Source: Xanthobacteraceae bacterium (lineage in GTDB: Bacteria > Pseudomonadota > Alphaproteobacteria > Rhizobiales > Xanthobacteraceae). Taken from it: 64,000 bases of DNA. Each line of letters opens with the position of its first letter. The stretch's first letter is position 1. Under the pieces are notes generated by a model. The model searched no databases. It worked only from the letters and a program-made list of their open reading frames with translations, and was not told where the DNA came from. The translations under genes were made by a program, and so were the position numbers. Below, one piece after another: positions 10,774 through 23,245 of the stretch. Where the stretch lies: positions 10,961 to 74,960 of the forward strand of contig JBEKJZ010000002.1 in NCBI GenBank assembly GCA_050010955.1, in the 5' to 3' direction.

Positions 10774-11390
10774 GGGTCGGCCCTTGCTTCCGGCACCGCG
10801 GCGGGCGTCAGGAATGCCGCCAGCGCCTTCATGATGTCGGCGACGATGGTGTCATGCGGCAGGTCGCGCGATTGCACGGTCAGATCGGCTTGCGCATATG
10901 TCGGCTCGCGTTCCGCCATCAGGCGGCGCAGCGTCTCCGCCGGATCGGCGGTTTGCAACAGCGGGCGCTCGTTCCTGCGCTTGGAAATCCGCCGCATCAG
11001 CACCTCGACATCGGCGCTGAGCCAAATGGAAATGCCTTTCGCCTGGATGACGCCGCGCGTAGCCGGATTCACGAATGCACCGCCGCCGGTAGCCAGGACT
11101 TGCGGGCCGCCGTCGAGCAGGCGGGCAATGACGCGCGCCTCGCCGCTGCGGAAATCGGCTTCGCCGTGGCGCGCGAAAATATCGGCAATGCTCATACCGG
11201 CAGCCTTCTCGATCTCGGCGTCGGCGTCGACAAAAGGGATGCTTAGCCGCGCGGCGAGCCGGCGGCCGATGGACGACTTGCCCGACCCCATCATGCCGAT
11301 GAGGACGATCGAGCGGCGTCCCAGGCGGGTCAGGATGGCGGCCGCCAAGGCCCGGGTGTCGGCGTCGTTTTGTAAGGCGATTTCAGTCAT
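10770..11390 (-). CDS. aroK: shikimate kinase
   Basis: P-loop GMMGSGKSSIGRRLA. Start set at MTEIALQ (ATG 11390); the upstream part of the track ORF looks non-coding. Confidence 0.9.
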   Translation of the reverse strand: MTEIALQNDADTRALAAAILTRLGRRSIVLIGMMGSGKSSIGRRLAARLSIPFVDADAEIEKAAGMSIADIFARHGEADFRSGEARVIARLLDGGPQVLATGGGAFVNPATRGVIQAKGISIWLSADVEVLMRRISKRRNERPLLQTADPAETLRRLMAEREPTYAQADLTVQSRDLPHDTIVADIMKALAAFLTPAAVPEARADP

Positions 11391-11561
11391 CTGCCGTTCA
11401 AGTCCGCAATAGCATCGCCCGTACCTGCCGCCCGCGGCTAAAATACCCGCAGAGCGGGCCGAATGACTTGCCAGGCCGGGCCGAACATGATCGTACTCGG
11501 TCCCGTTCGCCGGCACCAATGGGATGAGCGCGCGCACGAGTGCGGTGGTGGACACTGGACG

Positions 11562-11711
11562 ATGCCGAGCCTGCTCCGGTTTCTCGCCGTCATCGCTATA
11601 TTGTGCGTCGCTGTCTATGGCGGTCTATATGCGCTGGCGCATTTCGTGCAACCGAAACCGCGCGAGATCAGCGTAACGATCCCGCCCGACAAATTCTTCA
11701 AGAACCGCTGA
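11562..11711 (+). CDS. small single-TM membrane protein
   Basis: MPSLLRFLAVIAILCVAVYGGLYALAHFVQPKPREISVTIPPDKFFKNR; sits between aroK and xerD. Start chosen at ATG 11562. Confidence 0.45.
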   Translation: MPSLLRFLAVIAILCVAVYGGLYALAHFVQPKPREISVTIPPDKFFKNR

Positions 11712-11721
11712 GGCCTCGGCC

Positions 11722-12729
11722 ATGGCTCTTATGATGGCGCGCGGCAGGATTCGCAGCAGGCGTCCTGGAACGGCTCGCGCGGCCAAGCCCGCCGACGCGC
11801 GGCTCACTGCGCTCTTTCTCGACATGCTGGCGGCCGAGCGCGGGGCGGAGAAAAACACGCTTGCCGCCTATGGCCGCGACCTTGCCGATTTCACCGCTTA
11901 TCTCGCCGGCGCCGGGCGCTCGGTGGCGACGGCTGCGACCGACGATCTGCGTGTCTATCTCGGCACGCTGGCGCGGCGCGGACTGCGGCCGGCGACCGTG
12001 GCGCGCCGGCTCTCGGCGATCCGGCAGCTTTATCGGTTTCTCTATGCCGAGCGGCAGCGCAAGGACGATCCCGCTGCCGTGCTCGAAGGCCCTAAGCGGG
12101 TCCGCGCGCTCCCGAAAACGCTCACCATCGGCGAAGTCGATCGCCTGCTGACGGTGGCGGGACGCTCTGACCCGGCAGCGCCGCTGCCGGTGCGCCTGCG
12201 CGCGGCGCGGCTTGCCAGTCTCATCGAGCTCCTCTATGCGACCGGATTGCGCGTCTCCGAACTCGTGGCGTTGCCGGCAACGGCGGCCCGCCGCGACGCC
12301 CGCTTCATCATCGTGCGCGGCAAAGGCAACAAGGAGCGGCTGGTGCCGCTCAACGAGGCCGCCAAGCGGGCGATGGCCGACTATCTCGCGCTATTGGCGG
12401 GGAGCGCCGCCGCGCACCGCACCGGGCGGGATGCCGGATCGAAATGGCTGTTCCCGTCCTTCGGCGAGGCCGGCCATCTCACCCGCCAGCACTTCGCCCG
12501 CGAACTCAAGGCGCTCGCCGCCGCCGCCGGATTGCGTGCCGCACAGCTGAGCCCGCACGTGCTGCGCCATGCCTTCGCCAGTCATCTCCTGCACAACGGG
12601 GCCGATCTGCGGGTGGTGCAGACGCTCCTCGGTCACGCGGATATTTCAACCACACAGATTTATACCCATGTATTGGAGGAGCGCCTGAAAAGCCTGGTGC
12701 GCGATTTGCATCCGTTGGCGCAGGAATGA
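11722..12729 (+). CDS. xerD: site-specific tyrosine recombinase XerD
   Basis: 335 aa; C-terminal HVLRHAFASHLL..GADLRVVQTLLGHADISTTQIYTHV catalytic motif. Confidence 0.9.
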   Translation: MALMMARGRIRSRRPGTARAAKPADARLTALFLDMLAAERGAEKNTLAAYGRDLADFTAYLAGAGRSVATAATDDLRVYLGTLARRGLRPATVARRLSAIRQLYRFLYAERQRKDDPAAVLEGPKRVRALPKTLTIGEVDRLLTVAGRSDPAAPLPVRLRAARLASLIELLYATGLRVSELVALPATAARRDARFIIVRGKGNKERLVPLNEAAKRAMADYLALLAGSAAAHRTGRDAGSKWLFPSFGEAGHLTRQHFARELKALAAAAGLRAAQLSPHVLRHAFASHLLHNGADLRVVQTLLGHADISTTQIYTHVLEERLKSLVRDLHPLAQE

Positions 12730-12839
12730 ATGGGAAACAGAATCAAGCCGAGACCATTCCTTGACTTAAGCGTGCACGACAGGCGACTTTGCCGCGCGTG
12801 CGGCGTCCACCGTTCAGCCTGCTGACAAATGTTTGCGTG

Positions 12840-13796
12840 ATGCGTTCATATCTCGACTTCGAAAAGCCGGTGGCCGAGCTCGAGGCCAAGATCGAAGAAA
12901 TGCGCGCGCTGCAAGCCGCCGGCGACGCTATTGCCATCGGCGACGAGATCAACCGGATCGAAGTCAAGGCCGATCAAGCCCTCAAGGAACTCTATGGCGC
13001 GCTGACGCCCTGGCAGAAGACGCAAGTCGCGCGGCATCCGCAACGGCCGCATTGCCTCGATTACATTGCCCAGCTCATCGGCGATTTCGTTCCGCTGGCC
13101 GGCGATCGCAAATACGGCGAGGACGCGGCGATCGTCGGTGGCTTCGGCCGCTTTCGCGGCGAGAGCGTCTGCGTCATCGGCCACGAAAAAGGCACCGACA
13201 CCGACAGCCGTCTCCAGCACAATTTCGGCATGGCGCGGCCGGAAGGCTACCGCAAGGCGGTGCGGCTGATGGACATGGCCGATCATTTCGACATCCCGGT
13301 CATTGCGCTGATCGACACCGCGGGCGCCTATCCCGGCATCGGCGCGGAAGAGCGCGGCCAAGCCGAGGCTATCGCGCGCTCGACCGAAGCCTGTTTGCGG
13401 ATCGGCGTGCCCAATGTCGCGGCCGTCATCGGCGAGGGCGGCTCGGGTGGCGCGATCGCGCTGGCCACCGCCAACCGCGTGATCATGCTGGAGCACGCCA
13501 TCTACAGCGTGATATCGCCCGAAGGCGCGGCTTCGATTCTCTGGCGCGATACCACGAAGGCGCAGGAGGCCGCCGCCAGCATGAGGATCACCGCGCAGGA
13601 TCTGCTGCGGTTCGGCGTTGTCGACACGGTTGTGCCGGAGCCGACCGGCGGTGCGCATCGCGATCCCGCCGCGGCCATCGCGGCGGTCGGCACAGCGATC
13701 GCCGCCGCGCTAGCCGATCTGCACGGCCTCGGCCGCGCCGGTATTGTTCGGCTGCGGCGCGACAAGTTCATGGCGATCGGGCGGATGCTGGGCTGA
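12840..13796 (+). CDS. accA: acetyl-CoA carboxylase carboxyltransferase subunit alpha
   Basis: [20 protein letters not shown].. and [27 protein letters not shown] motifs. Confidence 0.93.
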   Translation: MRSYLDFEKPVAELEAKIEEMRALQAAGDAIAIGDEINRIEVKADQALKELYGALTPWQKTQVARHPQRPHCLDYIAQLIGDFVPLAGDRKYGEDAAIVGGFGRFRGESVCVIGHEKGTDTDSRLQHNFGMARPEGYRKAVRLMDMADHFDIPVIALIDTAGAYPGIGAEERGQAEAIARSTEACLRIGVPNVAAVIGEGGSGGAIALATANRVIMLEHAIYSVISPEGAASILWRDTTKAQEAAASMRITAQDLLRFGVVDTVVPEPTGGAHRDPAAAIAAVGTAIAAALADLHGLGRAGIVRLRRDKFMAIGRMLG

Positions 13797-13949
13797 TCTC
13801 GCGGCCCGGCCGATCGCCCGCGATTGCTGTCGCCACAATCGCGCCCTGATTTGTCCCCGAGCGGATGATGCTGCGGGGACTAGCGAAACCCTGTCGCGGT
13901 CGATCGGGACGGGATAAGGCATTGGTTTTTCCGTCAAATTTGCGTAAAA

Positions 13950-13965
13950 TTAACCATTCGTTAAC
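13950..13965 (+). promoter_or_regulatory. full CtrA-type box TTAA-N7-TTAAC
   Basis: TTAA (13950-13953) CCATTCG TTAAC (13961-13965) in an AT-richer patch about 90 nt upstream of the L,D-transpeptidase-like gene at 14054. Confidence 0.4.
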
Positions 13966-14053
13966 ACCGCCATGCTCCAGCTGAGGGCTACGCCTTGGCT
14001 GGCTTGCGAAAGCCACCCCAGAAGGATAACGATGGGGTCATGATGGCACGGGG

Positions 14054-15475
14054 ATGTTCCATCAGTCGGGGAGTATCGTATTGATCCGCGCCAGCCCGGT
14101 CCGCGCGCAAATTTGCCGTGCCCTTTTGGCGTCGGCGGTTCTCGCCGGTGCCTTGGCGCTTGCCGGCTGCGATACCGATGGCGTCTATCAGCTGCCCACC
14201 AGAGCGATGAAGGCGCTATCGCCGGAGATGGTGGCGCTGCTCGAACAAAAGAACATGCCGAAGGACTCGCCGATCCTCGTTCGCGTTTTCAAGGAGGAGT
14301 CGGAGCTCGAAGTCTGGAAGCAGGACACCACCGGTCGTTACGAGTTGCTCAAGGTCTATCCGATCTGCCGCTGGTCGGGCGACCTCGGACCGAAGGTCCA
14401 TGAGGGCGACCGCCAGGCGCCCGAGGGCTTCTATCAGATCACACCCGGGCTGATGAATCCCAATTCCAACTACTATCTCGCGATCAACATCGGCTTCCCC
14501 AACGCCTACGACAAGGCCAACGGCCGCAGCGGCGCCTTCCTGATGATCCATGGCGACTGCTCTTCGCGCGGCTGTTATGCCATGACCGACGAGCAGATCG
14601 GAGAGATCTATTCGCTCGGCCGCGAATCCTTCCTCGGCGGCCAGCAGTCGTTCCAGATTCAGGCCTATCCGTTCCGCATGACGCCGGCGAATTTCGCGCA
14701 CCACCGCACCAATCCGAATATGCCGTTCTGGAAGATGATCAAGGAAGGCAACGACCATTTCGAGGTGACGCATCTGGAGCCCAAGGTCGACGTATGCGAT
14801 CACCGCTACGTGTTCGACGCCCAGCCGCCGCCGGCTAAATCCGCCAAGCCGCTTGTTTTCACGCCGACCGGCCGCTGCCCGGCTTACGTTGTCGCCCAAG
14901 ACATCGTCGAACCGGTGCAGGCCAAGCAGCAAAACGACGAAGTCCAGTATGCCCGGTTGTCCAAAATCATGCCGCCCGCACCGATCAGGACCGGCCTCGA
15001 CGGCGGCATGAACAGGGTCTTCCTCGCCCAAACCAACGGCAACATACCCCCGGCGCGGGTGCCCCCGCCGACTGGATTGCCGGCCCAGCCCCAGCCCGTG
15101 ACGGCCGACAATGGCGGGTCGACGTTCGCCGGCCGCTTGTTCGGAGGCCTGTTCGGATCGAAGCCCGCCGAGCAAACGAAAGTCGCCTCGACCGAGTCCG
15201 GATCGCGCGGTTCGGAGCCGGCTTCGACCGGCACGGCACACCGAACCCAAAGCGCCGCGCATAGTCAGACGGCCGCCGCGGCCGCCAAACCGACGACCAA
15301 CGCGCCGCTCAACGGCGAGCTGCGCAAGGGCGACGAGACTGTTGCGGCGAAGCCGAAACCGGCTCCGCAACAGGAAGCCAACGCCGCAGCGCCGCCGGCG
15401 AAACCGCTCCTCAACGGCGCGCAGCCGGTCGTGCCGGCCGGCAGCTTCGATAGCCGCTGGGGCGGACTCCAGTAA
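14054..15475 (+). CDS. L,D-transpeptidase family lipoprotein (YafK-like) with Pro/Ala-rich C-terminal tail
   Basis: Lipobox LALAGC; catalytic-type motif MIHGDCSSRGCYAM; low-complexity P/A/Q-rich C-terminus. Confidence 0.8.
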   Translation: MFHQSGSIVLIRASPVRAQICRALLASAVLAGALALAGCDTDGVYQLPTRAMKALSPEMVALLEQKNMPKDSPILVRVFKEESELEVWKQDTTGRYELLKVYPICRWSGDLGPKVHEGDRQAPEGFYQITPGLMNPNSNYYLAINIGFPNAYDKANGRSGAFLMIHGDCSSRGCYAMTDEQIGEIYSLGRESFLGGQQSFQIQAYPFRMTPANFAHHRTNPNMPFWKMIKEGNDHFEVTHLEPKVDVCDHRYVFDAQPPPAKSAKPLVFTPTGRCPAYVVAQDIVEPVQAKQQNDEVQYARLSKIMPPAPIRTGLDGGMNRVFLAQTNGNIPPARVPPPTGLPAQPQPVTADNGGSTFAGRLFGGLFGSKPAEQTKVASTESGSRGSEPASTGTAHRTQSAAHSQTAAAAAKPTTNAPLNGELRKGDETVAAKPKPAPQQEANAAAPPAKPLLNGAQPVVPAGSFDSRWGGLQ

Positions 15476-15487
15476 TCAGTGGTCGGT

Positions 15488-15520
15488 GGTCAGTAATCAG
15501 ATACGCCTCGATTACTGACC
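15488..15520. terminator. 11-bp perfect hairpin between convergent genes (no U-tract)
   Basis: GGTCAGTAATC (15488-15498) / GATTACTGACC (15510-15520) with an 11-nt loop, between the LDT-like gene (+) and secA (-). Confidence 0.3.
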
Positions 15521-15538
15521 GCTGATTCCTGATCCCTG

Positions 15539-18379
<2,841 letters not shown>

Positions 18380-18425
18380 CGCGTCATCCTTCCACTCTGC
18401 GGCCGTGCCGCGGAGCTATTTGGTC

Positions 18426-18473
18426 GAGCACGATCTTTGCCGAAAACCGGTGTCCACTTTTCGGGATCATGCT
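18426..18473 (+). repeat. REP-like palindromic element, copy 2
   Basis: GAGCACGATC..CCGAAAACCGGTGTCCACTTTTCGG..GATCATGCT; lies in the divergent secA / PPIase spacer. Confidence 0.8.
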
Positions 18474-18583
18474 GCTTCGTTCCTGGCTCAGTTCCGCGCG
18501 ATCGGCGTTTGGCCAACCGGCGGAAAATGCAGCGCTATTTAAGGCTTCTGCACGGCGACGGGGGGCGCCCGGACTATGGGCGA

Positions 18584-18612
18584 GACATAGGTAGGGGTGG
18601 TTTTGTTGTCAA
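18584..18612 (-). promoter_or_regulatory. possible sigma70-type promoter for secA
   Basis: Minus strand TTGACA (18607-18612), 17-nt spacer, TATGTC (18584-18589); the -10 is weak. Confidence 0.2.
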
Positions 18613-18752
18613 TGCGAGGCGTCCCCTCACGCGCTCGTTAGGCGGCGCGTCGATTCTGCCATTGCCAAGCGGGGGCGTTTCGGCGAGTGTCCGCGCCGGC
18701 AATCCGCGCCGGAGCAAGGCGAATTGCCCCATGACCCAAAGGATCGCGTTCC

Positions 18753-19634
18753 ATGGCCTGCACTCGCCTGTCCGTCTGCCGCGCGCTCGGCGCGCTGACA
18801 ATTGCTGCGTTTCTCTGCGTACCGATCAGCGCTCTGCGGGCGCAGGATAATGATCCGGTGATCGCGCGCGCCAACGGGGTCGATATCCGCCAGAGCGACA
18901 TCGCCTTCGCCGAAGAGGAGATCGGCGGCAACATCCCGGCCATGCCCCCGGAGCAGAAGCGCGACTATCTCATCAACTATCTTACCGACGTGGTCGTGTT
19001 GTCGCAGGCCGCCGAGCAGCAGAAGCTGGGCGACCGCCCCGACGTCAAGCGCCGGCTCGCCTTCGACCACAACCGGCTGCTGATGGAGGCGCTGCTGCAG
19101 GATGCCGGCCGCGCCGCGCTGTCGGACGAGGCGGAACACAAGGTCTATGACGAGGCCATCAAGCAGGTGGCCAACGAGGAGGAGGTGCGCGCGCGCCATA
19201 TCCTCGTGCCCACCGAGGACGAGGCCAAGGCGATCCTCGTGGAACTGAAGAACGGCGCCGATTTCGCCACCCTCGCCAAGGAAAAGTCGAAAGACCCGGG
19301 CGCGGCCGAAGGCGGCGACCTCGGCTTTTTCACCAAGGAGCAGATGGTGCCGGAATTCGCTGCGGTCGCCTTCAAGCTCGACAAGGGCCAGGTCTCCGAT
19401 CCGGTGAAGACGCAATTCGGCTGGCACATCATCAAGGTCGAGGACAAGCGCATCAAGCCGACCCCGACGTTCGATCAGGTCAAAGCCCAGATCGAAAATT
19501 ATGTCGCGCACCGCGCCCAGGCGCAGTTGGTCGACAATTTGCGTAAAACCGCCACCATCGAGCGGCTGGACAAGCCGGCGGCGCCGCCCGCGGCGGATCC
19601 TTCGCTCAATCCCGCCGCGCCGGCGAAGAAGTAG
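18753..19634 (+). CDS. peptidylprolyl isomerase, parvulin (SurA-like) family, exported
   Basis: Signal peptide; PpiC domain ..RARHILV..GGDLGFF..FGWHIIKVEDKR. Confidence 0.88.
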   Translation: MACTRLSVCRALGALTIAAFLCVPISALRAQDNDPVIARANGVDIRQSDIAFAEEEIGGNIPAMPPEQKRDYLINYLTDVVVLSQAAEQQKLGDRPDVKRRLAFDHNRLLMEALLQDAGRAALSDEAEHKVYDEAIKQVANEEEVRARHILVPTEDEAKAILVELKNGADFATLAKEKSKDPGAAEGGDLGFFTKEQMVPEFAAVAFKLDKGQVSDPVKTQFGWHIIKVEDKRIKPTPTFDQVKAQIENYVAHRAQAQLVDNLRKTATIERLDKPAAPPAADPSLNPAAPAKK

Positions 19635-19718
19635 TCAGCCCGACGCCGACACTGTAGTTTGCCGTCATGCCTAAGACGACCGCCTGTGGCGGTCGTGGAA
19701 ATGACGTCGGAGAATGCC

Positions 19719-20126
19719 ATGAAGCTGGAAGGCGGATGCTATTGCGGCGCCGTGCGCTACGTCGCCGAAGGCAAGCCGATGCTGAGGGCGCAATGCCACT
19801 GCCGCGAATGCCAATATATCAGCGGCGGCGCTCCCAACATGTTTCTTCTGATGCCGCCCGACGGCTTCCATTATACCAAGGGGGCGCCCCGGCAATTTGC
19901 ACGCAGCGATCTTGAAGGCGCCGTGACGCGGGAATTCTGCGCCGAATGCGGCACGCACCTGACGACGCGGCGGCCGGGCCTGCGCGCCGTGATTTTGAAA
20001 GTCGGCACGCTCGACGATCCAAGTCTTTTTGGCAACCCGCAGATGGCGATTTACACCGTCGACAAGCAGGCTTTCCATCACATCCCAGAGGGCTTACCAA
20101 GCTTCGAGCGCCTGCCCCCACGATAA
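19719..20126 (+). CDS. GFA family (glutathione-dependent formaldehyde-activating-like) Zn protein
   Basis: MKLEGGCYCGAVRY..CHCRECQ..CAECGTHL Cys motifs. ATG 19719 has GGAG 7 nt upstream. Confidence 0.85.
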   Translation: MKLEGGCYCGAVRYVAEGKPMLRAQCHCRECQYISGGAPNMFLLMPPDGFHYTKGAPRQFARSDLEGAVTREFCAECGTHLTTRRPGLRAVILKVGTLDDPSLFGNPQMAIYTVDKQAFHHIPEGLPSFERLPPR

Positions 20127-20226
20127 GAGCTGCCGATAATGAGCTGGGCTTGCCAGATATAACATCGCCGACAGATTACTGATTACCTTGGCATTCCCGG
20201 GCGCGCGGCGCCGAGTGATACAAAAA

Positions 20227-21468
20227 ATGCCCACCGCTATCTCCCCCCTCGCGCCTTCGTCCTTTCCCGAAATGCCGCCGATCGCCGGCGTGCGGCTGGC
20301 AACGGCCGCAGCCGGCATCCGCTATGCCGGACGCACCGACGTGCTGCTCGCCTTGTTCGATGCCGGAACTGCCGTGGCCGGAGTGTTAACGCGCTCGAAG
20401 TGCCCGTCGGCGCCGGTGGACTGGTGCCGCGCGCGGCTCAAGACCGGCGCTGCGAGCGCGCTTGTGGTCAACTCCGGCAACGCCAACGCGTTCACCGGCA
20501 AGTCCGGCCGCGCCGCGACCAAGCTCACCGCCGAGATCGCCGCAAAGGCGGCGCATTGCAAAACCGGCGAGGTATTCCTCGCCTCCACCGGCGTCATCGG
20601 TGAACCGCTCGACGCGACGAAATTCGCCGGCGTCATCGACCGACTGACCGCCGAGGCAGCGCCCGGCGGCTGGAACGAGGCCGCCCAAGCGATCATGACC
20701 ACCGACACGTTTGCCAAAGGCGCCGCTGCCGTCGTGCGGATGGGCCCGAGCGCGGTGACCATCTGCGGCATCGCCAAAGGCGCCGGCATGATCGCGCCCG
20801 ACATGGCGACGATGCTGTCATTCGTTTTCACCGACGCGCCGATCGCGCCCGCGGTCCTCAAGGCCTTGCTGTGCGCGGGTGTCGGCGACACCTTCAATGC
20901 CGTGACCATCGACAGCGATACCTCGACGTCCGACACGCTGTTAGCCTTCGCCACCGGCGCCGCCGCGGCGTGCGGCGTCGCCAAGATGGCGCGGCTCTCC
21001 GATCCGCGGCTCCCCGCCTTTCGCAAGGGCTTCAACGCCGTGCTCGCCAACCTCGCCGAACAGGTGGCGCGCGATGGCGAAGGCGCGCGCAAGCTCGTCG
21101 AGATCGTGGTCGAGGGCGCGGTGTCGAAGAAATCCGCCCGCCGAATCGCGCTGTCGATCGCCAATTCGCCGCTGGTCAAGACCGCAATCGCCGGCGAGGA
21201 CGCCAATTGGGGCCGCGTGGTCATGGCGGTGGGCAAGGCCGGCGAGCCGGCCAACCGCGATCGGCTTTCGATCTGGTTCAATGGCATCCGCGTCGCCCAT
21301 AAAGGCGAGCGCGACCCGGCCTATGACGAAGCCGCCGTCTCCGCCACGATGAAGAAGCCCGAGATCGCGCTGAAGGTGGCGCTCGGCCTCGGCAAATGCC
21401 GCGATCGTGTGCTCACCTGCGACCTGACCAAAGAGTACGTGGCGATCAACGGGGATTACCGCTCTTGA
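20227..21468 (+). CDS. argJ: bifunctional glutamate N-acetyltransferase / amino-acid acetyltransferase
   Basis: 413 aa from ATG 20227; autoprocessing region ..MLSFVFTDA.. and C-terminal [14 protein letters not shown]. Confidence 0.93.
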   Translation: MPTAISPLAPSSFPEMPPIAGVRLATAAAGIRYAGRTDVLLALFDAGTAVAGVLTRSKCPSAPVDWCRARLKTGAASALVVNSGNANAFTGKSGRAATKLTAEIAAKAAHCKTGEVFLASTGVIGEPLDATKFAGVIDRLTAEAAPGGWNEAAQAIMTTDTFAKGAAAVVRMGPSAVTICGIAKGAGMIAPDMATMLSFVFTDAPIAPAVLKALLCAGVGDTFNAVTIDSDTSTSDTLLAFATGAAAACGVAKMARLSDPRLPAFRKGFNAVLANLAEQVARDGEGARKLVEIVVEGAVSKKSARRIALSIANSPLVKTAIAGEDANWGRVVMAVGKAGEPANRDRLSIWFNGIRVAHKGERDPAYDEAAVSATMKKPEIALKVALGLGKCRDRVLTCDLTKEYVAINGDYRS

Positions 21469-21558
21469 GAGCTCCTTAACCATTCGGCGAAAGCGGGCGA
21501 CAGACCGGGAGCGTTGAAGGGCGCCTTCACTATGCGCTGCCTAATTTGAGGTCAGGCC

Positions 21559-21963
21559 GTGAGCGTCAAACTTGTCCTCGTCGCCGCCTGCGCCCTCATC
21601 GACCCCGACGGCCGCGTGCTCATCGCACAACGTCCGCCCGGCAAGCCAATGGCGGGGCTTTGGGAGTTTCCCGGCGGCAAGGTCGAGCCCGGCGAGCGGC
21701 CGGAATCAAGTTTGATCCGCGAGCTCGAGGAGGAACTGGGAATCGTTATCAAGGAAGAGTGTCTCGCACCGCTGACCTTTGCGAGTCACCTTTATCCCGA
21801 CTTTCATCTTTTGATGCCTCTCTGGGTCTGCCGTCGCTGGGAAGGAATCGTGGCGGCGCGCGAGGCGCAGAAGCTCAAATGGGTGCGACCGCACGATCTG
21901 CGCAACTACCCGATGCCGCCGGCCGACGAACCGCTGATCCCGCATCTCATCGCGCTGTTATGA
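21559..21963 (+). CDS. mutT: NUDIX hydrolase, 8-oxo-dGTP diphosphatase-like
   Basis: GLWEFPGGKVEPGERPESSLIRELEEELG NUDIX box. Confidence 0.85.
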   Translation: MSVKLVLVAACALIDPDGRVLIAQRPPGKPMAGLWEFPGGKVEPGERPESSLIRELEEELGIVIKEECLAPLTFASHLYPDFHLLMPLWVCRRWEGIVAAREAQKLKWVRPHDLRNYPMPPADEPLIPHLIALL

Positions 21964-21987
21964 TGTGAACGCCAAGAGCAGAAGGCC

Positions 21988-22176
21988 ATGCTGCGATTTT
22001 CGGCACGCGCGATCCGGACCAAGTTCCAGCGCTTCCTGCGCGACGCACGCGCGGCTACCGCGATCGAATATGCGATGATTGCTTCCGGCGTCTCAATCGC
22101 GATCGTCGCGACGATCGTCGGGCTCGGCGCCAATGTCAAAGGTCTTTATACCACCGTCGCCGCAGCGTTGAATTGA
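21988..22176 (+). CDS. Flp family type IVb pilin (orphan, no tad genes nearby)
   Basis: 62 aa; ..ARAATAIEYAMIASGVSIAIVA.. is the Flp motif. Confidence 0.8.
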   Translation: MLRFSARAIRTKFQRFLRDARAATAIEYAMIASGVSIAIVATIVGLGANVKGLYTTVAAALN

Positions 22177-22187
22177 TGCTCCTTGGT

Positions 22188-22238
22188 GGAGCATGATCTT
22201 TTCGGAAAGCCGGCCTCCATTTTTCCGGATCATGCTCC
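22188..22238 (+). repeat. REP-like palindromic element, copy 3
   Basis: GGAGCATGATC-TTTTCGGAAAGCCGGCCTCCATTTTTCCG-GATCATGCTCC; lies between convergent flp (+) and the methyltransferase gene (-). Confidence 0.85.
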
Positions 22239-22242
22239 TGCA

Positions 22243-23160
22243 TCAACGTCCAGCTTTCTCCCTCGTCGAAATTTCGCGCGTGCCAAGCGCGTCGGCGAGG
22301 CGCGCTCGTGCCGAGCCGGGCTTGAGCGGCTGCTGCTGATCCGGATGCGGCGCCCAGCCCGACAGCCAGACGATCTCAAAGGTCGCGCGCAGGCGCCCGT
22401 CGTTGTCGGCAAACCGCTGCGCATAGATCTCGGCCATGCGCATCAGCGTCGCGCGCTTGAGCGGAGTGCGGCGGCGGTCGAGCAGCGCGTTGGTCGCGCC
22501 CATGCGCCGCAAATCGCGCATCAACCCGAAAGCACCGTCGTAGCGTACGATGACGCGGTCGGTGTCGGTGACGGGGAGCGCGAAGCCCGCGCGCTGCAAC
22601 AGCGTGCCGAGATCGCGCAGATCGGCGAACGGCGCGACGCGCGGCGAAACACCGCCTTCGATCTCGCTTTCTGCCGCAGCGAAGGATTGCCGCAGCTCGG
22701 TCAGCGTGTCGCCGCCAATGAGCGCGGCGAGAAACAATCCGTCGGGTTTCAGCGCGCGACGTATCTGAACGAGGACGCCCGGCAGGTCGTTGACGAATTG
22801 CAGTGCCAGCGCCGAGACGACGAGATCGAGCGAAGCGTCGCGGAACGGCAACACCTCCTCATCGGCGGTCACCAGCGGAGACACGCGCTTGGTGCCGGTC
22901 GCGGGCATCGCATCGGCCGCCACGATCGTCGCCACCGAGCCGAGGCGGGTAAGCGCGGCCCGCACCGCTTCGCCCGGCGTGCCGAGATCGAGGGCCAGAT
23001 CGAACCGCCGCAGCACCGCGCCAAGCCGGTCGGCAAGATCGTCGGCGACGCGATCGAGCAAAAACGTCGCCGGGCCCAATAAAGCCGCGCGGCGGCGGCG
23101 GGCGCGGATGAGCGGGCGATCGAAGATCAGCGGGCTCGGCAATGTCGGAGTGTCGGCCAT
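22243..23160 (-). CDS. class I SAM-dependent methyltransferase
   Basis: 305 aa; methyltransferase-type motifs ALDLGT..., LDLVVSALALQFVNDLPG, LKPDGLFLAA. Confidence 0.8.
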   Translation of the reverse strand: MADTPTLPSPLIFDRPLIRARRRRAALLGPATFLLDRVADDLADRLGAVLRRFDLALDLGTPGEAVRAALTRLGSVATIVAADAMPATGTKRVSPLVTADEEVLPFRDASLDLVVSALALQFVNDLPGVLVQIRRALKPDGLFLAALIGGDTLTELRQSFAAAESEIEGGVSPRVAPFADLRDLGTLLQRAGFALPVTDTDRVIVRYDGAFGLMRDLRRMGATNALLDRRRTPLKRATLMRMAEIYAQRFADNDGRLRATFEIVWLSGWAPHPDQQQPLKPGSARARLADALGTREISTREKAGR

Positions 23161-23245
23161 CGTCCGATTGTCTCACGTGTGGCAGGAAAAGGCTCGCAAC
23201 GCAGGGGGCGATGACAAGTCGGTTGCGGAGCGCTAGCGTGGCGCC

